The notes under the pieces: model-generated
What the model saw: only the letters and a program-made list of their open reading frames with translations
Told to the model about the DNA's origin: nothing
Database searches by the model: none
Origin: Octopus sinensis
Lineage: Eukaryota
Length of the DNA: 64,000 nucleotides
Direction of reading: 5' to 3'
Assembly (NCBI RefSeq): GCF_006345805.1
Contig: NW_021824837.1
Span: 9,749-73,748, forward strand
Part shown: in pieces, positions 54,060-64,000 of the stretch
How the letters are laid out: each line of letters begins with the position of its first letter
How positions within the stretch are numbered: position 1 is the first letter of the stretch
Program-made: the position numbers and the translations under genes

Positions 54060-54385
54060 CTTATTTTAAGTATGGTACATTTTCTAACGATATCTTTTGC
54101 CTAACCTAAGTTATGGGTACTTAAGCAAACTAACACCAGCTATCAAGCGGTAGTATGGGACAAATACAAAGGACATATATACATGCACACACGCACGCAC
54201 ACCACACATACACACTTGTACATATGCGCGCGCATACAACATGTTTCCACATAATTTCGATTTACCAAATTCCCTCACAAGACTTTGGTTGCTCCAGGTC
54301 TACAGAGGAAGACACTTGACCAAGGTGTCGCACTGTAGGGCTTATAAAACCAGCTTCTTAACCACATAGTCGTGCTTGCACTTAT
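54060..54385 (-). mobile_element. Degenerate SINE family A
   Basis: Residual aaacacc agc..tcaagcg, accaaatt..ctcacaag.ctttggt and cacttg.ccaaggtg.cgca motifs. Confidence 0.6.
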
Positions 54386-54479
54386 ATATGAATTAATTTG
54401 GGATAGATTTGGCTGCTATTTTTAACATGTGGAGCGACTAGGTAGTGGTCTCTGTCGTTGTCTCAATGGTTTTCTTATT

Positions 54480-56059
54480 ATTGTGATTGTTATTGTTGTT
54501 GGTGGTGGTGGTGATGATTGTAGTGGTGAGGTTGTGTTGGTGGTGGTGGTGGTTGTGTTGTTGTTGTTGTTGTGGTGGTGGTGGTGGCAGCGGCGGTGGT
54601 GGTGGTGGTGGCAGCGGCGGTGGTGGTGGTGGTGGTGGTAGTAGTGGTGGCTGTGTTGACGGTGATGGTGGTGGTCGTTGTGGTGATTCATCATGACGGA
54701 GGTGTTGATGGGGGTTGGTGGTAGTTGTAGTGGTGATGGTGGTGGTAGTCGTTGTGTTGATGGTGATGCTGGTTTTGTTGATGATGGTGGTGGCAGCGGC
54801 GGTGGCGGTGGTGGTTGTGGTGGTGGTGGTGATGGTGGTGGTGGTGGTGGTGATGGTGGTGATGGTGGTGGCGGTGGTGGTAGTGGTGGTGGTGGTGGTG
54901 GTGTGGTGGTGGTGGTAGCAAAAACGGTTGAAGTCACGGTGACGGTGTGTATGAAGTGAAAATATTAAATTCTTTTAAAAGACAAAGTGAAATTTTCTTC
55001 TTCTTCACAGGAATTAGTCTGAGATGAAATACAAAATGTAAAATTCCATGTGTTTATCAATATAAAGCCATCGCCACTCGCAGACTACTCCACCCTTCTT
55101 CCATATCTTTACGGAGTTAATGGCATGGAATGGAAGAGCCTATAGACGTTGAGCAAAATGGTGATGTTGACGATAAGGGATTATGATAATTAGCATATTG
55201 TCGTCGTTGTCATCATCGTTGTTGTTGTCTTTGTTATTGTAGTAGTAGTAGTAGTGGTGGTGGTGGTGGTGGTGGTGGTGGTGGTGGTGGTGGTGGTAGT
55301 AGTAGTTGTTGTTGTTGTTGTTGCTGCTGTTGTTTTTGTTATTTTTTCTTCTTTTATCCTGCCTCATTTGTGGCCAGCCCTGATCGAATAGATATTTGGT
55401 GGTGGTGGTGGTGGTGGTGGTGGTGCTAGTGGTGGTGCTGGTGCTGAGGCTGGTGCTGAGGCTGGTGCTGGTGTTGGTGTTGGTGGTGCTGTTGGTCCTG
55501 GAGGTGTTGCTGTTGTTGTTGTTGCTGGTGGTGGTGGTAGTGGTGGTGGTGGTGTTGGTGGTGCTGGTGGTGCTGGTGTTGGTGGTGTTGGTGGTGTTGG
55601 TGGTGCTGGTTGTGGTGGTAGTGGTGGTGGTGGTGGTGGTAGTGGTGCTGGTAGTGGTGCTGCTGGCGGTTGTGCTGGTGGTGCTGCTGGTAGTTGTGCT
55701 GCTGGCGGTTGTGCTGGTGGTGGTGGTGGTGCTGGTAGTGGTGCTGCTGGCGGTTGTGCTGGTGCTGGTGACGACGACGATGACGACAATGTTGATGATG
55801 ATGATGATGACGTCGACGATGTTGATAATGATATTAATGGTGATGATGACGTTGATGATGATGATGGTGATGATGATGACAACGGCCACAGCGACGACGT
55901 CAACGGTGATAATGATGATGATGCCCTTCGTCATGATGGTGGTGGTGATAATAGGAGTATTGTTGTTGTTGCTGTTCTTATTTATTTCCAAGTTTTGGGT
56001 TTGTTAAGAAGTCGTTGTTGTTGTTGTTGTTGGTGGTGGTGGTAGTGGTGGTGGTGTTC

Positions 56060-56115
<56 letters not shown>
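54480..56115. repeat. Compound (GGT)n/(GTT)n/(GCT)n/(GAT)n/(AAT)n trinucleotide fields
   Basis: Direct inspection (about 54480-54920, 55200-56050, 56058-56115). Confidence 0.93.
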
Positions 56116-56116
<1 letters not shown>

Positions 56117-56496
56117 GTAATCATAATCCCTTCTTTATTGGTCACAAGGGCCGAAAACCAAAAAATAAACATATAGGACAATACAAAACAAGGGACAAGT
56201 GGGGTTTAAAACAGAAAGCGTGTATACAATAAAAAACAAAAAGTTAAAAAATTGAACGACAAAATCCTCCAGTCACCCCAACTGCCAAGGGCACGCCATG
56301 TAGGCACCCCTCTTTCTCTTCAACTGCTCCGGTTTACAGACGAATAATTGTGGTGGTGATGGGTGGTCGTGTTCGTATTGTCGGTCTTAGTGTTAAGGGT
56401 GCTGGCGGTGAAGGTCGTGGTGAATATAACGGCAATGGTAAAAGTAACGGCGATGGTGACCTAATCATATGTCGTTAGTTTTTTTTTTTTTCTTTG

Positions 56497-56772
56497 CAGG
56501 GCCATGAATTAGCAGAATCTTTTCTACTCTAAGCACAAGGCCCGAAGTTTTGGAGGAGGTGGGGGGCAGTCGATATGATCGACCCCAGTACGCAACTGTT
56601 ACTTAATTTATAGACCCCGAAAGGATTGAAAGGCAAAGTCGACCTCGGCGGAATTTGAACTCAGAACGTAACGGCAAACGAAATACCGCTAAGCATTTCG
56701 CCCAGCGTGCTAACGTTTTTTAAATTTCTTTATTGCCCACAAGGTCTTAAACATAGAGGGGACAAACATATA
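56497..56772 (-). mobile_element. SINE family B (variant tail), followed by a short second B tail fragment
   Basis: gtcgacctcggcggaatttgaactcagaacgtaacggc..acgaaataccgctaagcatttcgcc; then atttctttattgcccacaagg..taaacatagaggggacaaac. Confidence 0.85.
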
Positions 56773-56917
56773 TACATATATATATATATGTGTGTGTGTA
56801 TACATATGTATATACGTATATGTATATATATACATATATGTACAAATATTTATACATATATATGTGTATACATATTTGTATCCACACACACACGCACACA
56901 AAAAAACACGCACACAC

Positions 56918-56986
<69 letters not shown>

Positions 56987-57001
56987 GGTGGAGAGAGAGA
57001 G

Positions 57002-57050
<49 letters not shown>

Positions 57051-57077
57051 TACACACACACCTATATATATATACAT

Positions 57078-57117
<40 letters not shown>

Positions 57118-57441
57118 GTATGCATGAATGTATGTCTACATGTATGCATATATATATGTAATCTCACAGTTGTATTTTTGCTGCCAAAAGTCGCAGCTGC
57201 CGTTATTGTCTTTGGTAGTATTACTTTGTTGTTATGTTTGTTGTTATTTGTTGCTGTTGTTGTTATTTGCGTTGTTGTTTTTGTTTTGTTTTGTTTTGTT
57301 TTTTGTTTTCTTGCTATTGATATAATATTACTACTGTTCTTATTGTTGCTGTTGTTATAGAATTCGCTGCTATTGTTATTACTGCTTCCATTATTTTGAT
57401 ACCTGCGGTTTGCTTCTGTTGTTGTTTCTTTTGTTGTAATT

Positions 57442-57509
<68 letters not shown>

Positions 57510-58036
57510 CGACGACATCGCCGTCTTCGTCGTATTTGTTGTTGTTGTTGTTGTTTTACAGAATTTTAACTCTTTTTGTCTCAGCTGTTTAAAGTATTTC
57601 AATGGTTATTGCCAATACTCTTGCAGTTCTGTTTATTTATTGTTTATGTTGGTGTTGCTGCTGTTGATGATCTTTCGGTTTCCATACATTTTTCTTATTT
57701 TCAAAACACGCAAGCAAGCGCACACACAAGCTCACACACACACAGGCAAACAAGCATATATTCACGCTTGTCTACATGGCTCTCGGATGAATTTCACATG
57801 GTAGAACTCAAATGGCGACAACAACATTCATTTGCAATAAATTTTCAGTCGTCACTCGCAAATATGTATGACTCTTCAAGAAGTAAAAACCCTAGCCCTA
57901 GCCCTAATCCTAACTCTAATTTTTTTCCCCATGTGCTTATGTAGTTCTTCCTGAGCAGACATACACAATGTGATCACAGTTAGTTATATAGTAAATCGAT
58001 TACATCGACCCAAGAACTCAACTGGTGCTTATTTTA

Positions 58037-58306
58037 TCGACCCCGAAAGGATGAAAGGCAAAGTCGACCCCGAAAGGACGAGGGGCAAAGTCGACCCCGA
58101 AAGGATGAAAGGCAAAGTCGACCCCGAAAGGACGAGAGGCAAAGTCGACCCCGAAAGGATGAAAGACAAAATCGACCCCGAAAGGATGAAACACAAAGTC
58201 GACTCCGAAAGGATGAAAAGTAAAGTCGACCCCAAAAGGATGACGGGCAAAGTCGACGCCGAAAAGATGAGAGGCAAAGTCAACTCCGAAAGGATAAAAG
58301 GCAAAT
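58037..58306 (+). repeat. 10 x 27-bp minisatellite derived from a SINE B internal segment
   Basis: Unit TCGACCCCGAAAGGATGAAAGGCAAAG; preceded by SINE B sequence from about 57993. Confidence 0.95.
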
Positions 58307-58509
58307 TTGATGTCGGCGCAATAAACGTGAAGGGACGTGTATAACCCAAAAGTGTTCTCTAGATACCGTTGACTGTTGAAGAAGGTCGTACAGCGTAATC
58401 GTCTAACACACCTCGCCACCATGACACAGGAATTCCAAACTGCACCCCTGTCTTTGATACAGCGAAACACCGAGGATGTAATAGATGAGGACATGTGAGC
58501 TTGGCCAAT

Positions 58510-58655
58510 ACTCAATTTGTATTCATCGGCAGCTGAGTGGAGGAGAAACAGGAAATGTTATGTTGCTCAAAGATATAGCGTCCCGTCCGGTCCAGGAATC
58601 GAACCCACAGCCTCATCAGAATGAGTTCAAAACTCTGACCATTGGACCACCACCT
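58510..58655 (-). mobile_element. Old tRNA/CORE-type SINE 5' fragment
   Basis: Reverse complement of ggtggtggtccaatggtcagag...gggttcgattcctggaccgg...ctttgagcaac...ctccactcagctg. Confidence 0.6.
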
Positions 58656-59399
58656 TCATAATTATATATGCATAAAAGTGTGCGTGCGTGTAAGTCCTGC
58701 TCATTTGTTCGCATGTGTGTCTTTATGTGTGTACGCATCCTCAGTTTTTTTTCAATATCTAATATGCATTCGCACACATCCAACCACACGCACACTCACA
58801 CACACACACACACACACACATACACACAAACACACACATACACACAATATACATACATACAAGCGCAAACACTCATTTTTTGTTTATTTTTTTTTCTCAT
58901 GGTATAGATACATTTGCTGGGGATATGGGCAAAATAGAAACTAAATGAAATGAAAAGGCATCGTGGAGAGAATAAAGAAAGAAAGAAAGAAAGAAAGAAA
59001 GAAGAAAAGAGAAAGAAAGAGAAAGAAATATAGAAAGAGAGAAAGAAGAAAGAAAGAAGAAAAGAAAGAAAGGAAGAAAGAAGGAAAAGAGAAAGAAAGA
59101 AAAAAGAAAAGATAATACTGGGAGGGGCAATAGGTTGGCTTCTAAACTTTCTCCGGAGATAGAGAAGTGGGGATTAATTTCCTATGGAGGCGAACAATAA
59201 TACAGCAAGAGTGTGGAACTAAGGACTGGACACAAAAGAGGAATGGGGGATGGGTGCGAATAGGGGGGGAGCGTTTTGGGTTAAGTGTGTAAACCTACAC
59301 CACGAGATTCCATGTAGGTCAACAATGTATCAATCTCTCTGTTTGTCTCTTGTTTTTGTAACCAATCTTATTCTCTTGGTTGTTTCTCTAGGTTACACC

Positions 59400-59935
<536 letters not shown>

Positions 59936-60021
59936 CCTTAAGACCCTCCTTCTCTCTCCCTCTGTATATATGTGTATTTATCTGTGTGTGCGTGAGTGTG
60001 TGCATACATACATACATACAA

Positions 60022-60059
<38 letters not shown>

Positions 60060-60277
60060 TCATATATAAATACACACACACTCACACACACACACATACT
60101 CATATCTGTCTATCTCCCTCTAACTACCTACTCACCTAACCACAAACCTAACTACTGATTTATCTATCTATTTATCTATCTATCTGTCTATCTGTCTGTT
60201 CATCTATAATCTGCATCTATTTCTCTGACAAGTGTATATATAATTGTATGTATACATATACATACATACATACATCC

Positions 60278-60310
<33 letters not shown>

Positions 60311-60455
60311 CTTATAATAAAAAAAACACGCATATATGTGTATGTGTAAGTGTTGTGTGCGTGCGCCTATATATACTTATAATAGATGTTATATGTTGTG
60401 TTTATATATATATATATAAATATATATATGTATGTATGTATATAATGTGTGTCTG

Positions 60456-60513
<58 letters not shown>

Positions 60514-60535
60514 GTATGTACGTAATGTGTGTGTC

Positions 60536-60571
<36 letters not shown>

Positions 60572-62408
60572 GTGGAGTGTGTGTGTGTGTTGTGTGTGTG
60601 TATTTCAGTCCATCAATATATCCATCCATCATTCTCCGCTTATTTCCATCTGTCCATCTAACTATCAATTCTTCCATAGTCCATCTGACCGTTGTCTATT
60701 ATATGAATACTTGAGTGGCTACCGTAAGGCAGATGGACATCTGCGGGTTGGCACCCCTCTGTCTTCACCGCCAACCACCACCACCACCAACACCTCTGCC
60801 ACCACTGCTACTGTTGCCAGTACCACCACCTGCACCACCGCAAGCAACACTACCATGACCATCTCTTCTACTGTTATAGAAACCAACAACAACAACCATC
60901 GCAGCCAACCGCCACCACCACCGACATTGCCTACACCACCACTGACAACGCCTCCAAAACAACCACCACTAACTTTGCCACTTCATGCACGACACTAAGA
61001 CTCACCATGGTAATCATCAGCAGCAGCATCCTCATCATCATCATTGTTTTCGTTCATCACTGTTATGAGCATCATCCTCATCATTCACTGTCACCACCAC
61101 CAACAACAACAACCGGCAGCACCACCATCAACATCATCATCAACATCATCAGCAGCAGAAGCATTGCTAGTACTACATATGCTATTTCAAACACTTTCTT
61201 CATCTACTTTGTGATACAAAGTCGAAACACTTAGTTTATCGCTCGACCTGCTAGAAATAGCAACCTTGCATTCTTCAAACCACAATCTATTTTCTTATAA
61301 CAGAACACTTTAGAAGACAAGTTGTCCTGATTAAAGATTTGAGAATATTACTTGTTACCACCTCGCATTTCTGCCACCTGATTTTCACTGGATTACTAAT
61401 GCGTTCTCGTGTCTAAGAATACGCGACTCAATTCTGACAACGATACCTTTATGTTTCCCGAGATATGCAGCAACATGTATGCTGATAATCTATCGATTAC
61501 GCTACATTTTTGAAAATCTATCGATTACATTACTTTTTTTAATCTGCCGATTAACTCCCCTCTTTAATCTATTATTTTCTATCATTACTTTTTCGCTATT
61601 TCTTATTATTACTGCTCTAACGGTACTTTTCGGAGATTTACGACTTATTGGTTAGTATATCCCCGTCAAGTTCTCCTTAACAAGTCTCTTCACAGACCAT
61701 CGATAAATTTCTCACAGCAAAGACCTAGCAAGGCATTTGTCTGTGCGTTCTGTCTAGGTTGACTGTCCAGATTATAAATTTAAGATCAGTGTAGTCGACG
61801 AGCTAAAATTTTGACACCTGGAACAGCCAATAGTAACGTTAAAAATGCCATACGATCGCAATGACCCAGTGTTCTTTGTCAATGTACACGTTCGAAAAAT
61901 CCATTTGCTACTTGTCATAAAACCAGAAATACCACTAGTCGGTCTAAGGTTTTTTACACTGCATCTCCTGAATAGAAGCGTGTTCTAATCGCTTCTATTT
62001 GTATTAACGAACATTTCCATGTATTACCATGTATTAGCATTAACGAATATGTCCATGTATTACCAGCGCGTGACAAATGTTTCCACGTATTACCAGAGTG
62101 TTGTAATCGCTTCTACTCGCATTAACGAACAGGCTATTCGCAAGAACGACTCTCTAGACGCCTGAAGATATCCGGCCGCTATACTCTGCCGAAAGATAAA
62201 CTACCATACGTCTGAACGATGCAGCTTTGCTGCTATTCACAACCATGACCACTGACTTAATATTTGGTACCAGACTTATCTGAAACAATACTACCCTTCT
62301 ACTCCATCTGGGCCGACCGAAAGACGTGTACATATCACAGTCATTCAGAAGAGCTAGTGGCTGCTTGTAAGAAATATTGTTCTTACGGTTGAACACTATT
62401 CAAATCCA

Positions 62409-62790
62409 GGAGGCGCAATGGCCCAGTGATTAGGGCAGCGGACTCGCGGTCGTAGGATCGCGGTTTCGATTCCCAGATCGGGCGTTGTGAGTGTTTATTG
62501 AGCGAAAACACCTAAAACTCCACGAGGCTCCGGCAGGGATGGTGGTGATCCCTGCTGTACTCTTTCACCACAACTTTCTCTCACTCTTACTTCCTGTTTC
62601 TGTTGTACCTGCATTTCAAAGGGCCGGCCTTGTCACTCTCTGTGTCACGCTGAATATCCCCGAGAACTACGTTAAAGGTGCACATGTCTGTGGAGTGCTC
62701 AGCCACTTACACGTTAATTTCACGAGCAGGCTGTTCCGTTGATTCGGATCAACCGGAACCCTCGTCGTCGTAACCGACGGAGTGTTTCCA
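62409..62790 (+). mobile_element. SINE family C, full length (tRNA-Arg-like head)
   Basis: Head ggcgcaatggcccagtg.ttagggcagcggactcgcgg...ggtttcgattccc; body shared with 1-212 and 35042-35353. Confidence 0.92.
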
Positions 62791-63124
62791 TTCAAATCCA
62801 ATGACCGGAGGTGGAAAAGCAAGGAACCTTGCTTTCACCTCAACCCTACTCACAATGCCACATGTATTTGAAGAGCCAAAATCACATTAACGCCATGTTT
62901 GGCGGTGGAAATTGAGGTGATTCCTTTTTTTTGGTTTCGAAGAAAGGATGACATGGTTTTCTTGGCGGGGTGTGTTTCTCCAAAATCCCCTTTAAGATGT
63001 TCTTTTCTGTCCTGTTTCAAAAATTGTAACGTTACAACGAATTATATTCTTAGTCTGTCTTTGACCAGTGGTGTGACTGAGACTTGTTTCAATATTTTTA
63101 CTGTGAATATTTGTATGTTTATTT

Positions 63125-63345
63125 GGCGGCGAGTTGGCAAAATCGCTAGGACAGCGGGAAAAATGCTTAACGGCATTTCATCTCTCTTTACGTTCTGAGT
63201 TCAAATTCAGCCGAGTTCGACTTTGCCTTTCATCCTTTGGGTAGTGGTGGTGGGGTGGCCAATAAAATAAATACCAGGGTCGATCTAATCAACTTAACCC
63301 CACCCCACCCCGAAATTACTGGCCTTGTTCCAGTTTGAAATTAAT
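63125..63345 (+). mobile_element. SINE family B (older subfamily)
   Basis: ggcggcgagttggcaaaatcgctag...gagttcaaattc...gactttgcctttcatcc...ggccttgt.cca..tttgaaa. Confidence 0.8.
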
Positions 63346-63923
63346 ATTTGTATGTTTCTGTATTTTCGTATTGTTCTGTTTTTGATGGACAGAAGTTTAG
63401 CCATATTTTATGTTCTTGTTTCTTAGGTTGGTTTTCTTTTTTTCTGTGGTTGTTGTTGTGCTTGTGGGTTTTCCTGTTTTTTTTTTTGTTTTGTAGTTAT
63501 TGATTTGCTGTTGATGATTAGTGAATAGTGGTTTCTTCGATGTCTTGTTAAACTTTGCAAGTGTAATTATTGTGCAATTGTTATACAATTGTTCTGCAGT
63601 TGGTTTTCTTCCTCGTCATTGCAGTAGGAGTTATGACACTTTGCAGTCGTCTCCCCTTCTTCATTTTGTCATTTGACAAAGTACTGACTTGAAAAGAATA
63701 CGAAATAGTGAAGAACAGTGATACTTCAGCGCATGTCTGCATCTTTGTGCATGCATGATTTTTAATTATATATTCCATAAACAGCATTGCTTGAAGGAGA
63801 TTTGATTGCTATTTCTAGCAAGCCAAGCGGCAGCGTAGGGTACACTCATTAGCTACTTAGACAGAGGCTCGAATTAATGATATAGTTATTCTCATTGCAT
63901 CAGCCTTCAACAGCAGCAGAAGT

Positions 63924-64000
63924 GGAGGCGCAGTGGCCAAGTGGTTAGGGCAGCGGACTCGCGGTTTCGATTCCCAAACCGGGCGTTGTGTGTGTTTTTG
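63924..64000 (+). mobile_element. SINE family C 5' head (truncated by window end)
   Basis: ggaggcgcagtggccaagtggttagggcagcggactcgcggtttcgattccc. Confidence 0.85.

Noticed and set aside
54422-56007. Pro/Thr/Gly/Ala-rich ORFs resembling mucin or extensin
   Set aside because: Compound (GGT)n/(GCT)n repeats open in most frames; no signal peptide or unique domain.
58037-58306. CRISPR-like appearance of the 27-bp repeats
   Set aside because: Units are contiguous with no spacers, derive from a SINE, and the context is eukaryotic with no cas genes.
62140-62400. Moderately GC-rich unique stretch with partial open frames (also 62830-63060)
   Set aside because: No recognisable protein motif in any of the frames I translated; stops interrupt the frames.

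Overview
This is AT-rich, microsatellite-saturated eukaryotic DNA, almost certainly from an octopus or a close coleoid cephalopod. That assignment rests on my recognition of the tRNA-derived SINE families, not on a database search. I found no intact host protein-coding gene, rRNA, true tRNA gene or CRISPR array, so the window reads as intergenic or as part of a very large intron. Nearly all ORFs in the supplied track are translations of simple repeats. Real content: (i) about 30 copies of three to four tRNA-derived SINE families, labelled A, B, C and D here; (ii) 3' relics of non-LTR retrotransposons: two RTE, one CR1/L2-group and one restriction-like-endonuclease (R4/Dong/HERO-like); (iii) a duplicated hAT transposase fragment, a hAT MITE and a piggyBac-like MITE; (iv) short Penelope-like terminal-repeat elements; (v) very long simple and compound microsatellites. 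Most notable observations: three covarying minimal hammerhead-ribozyme-like folds; a recurrent hairpin junction that makes tandem SINE-B multimers; a LINE 3' tail shared with SINE A; a diverged inverted pair of unique sequences (29.6 kb and 31.9 kb) that both retain splice-like signals; a 27-bp minisatellite born inside a SINE; and two long near-perfect inverted repeats.
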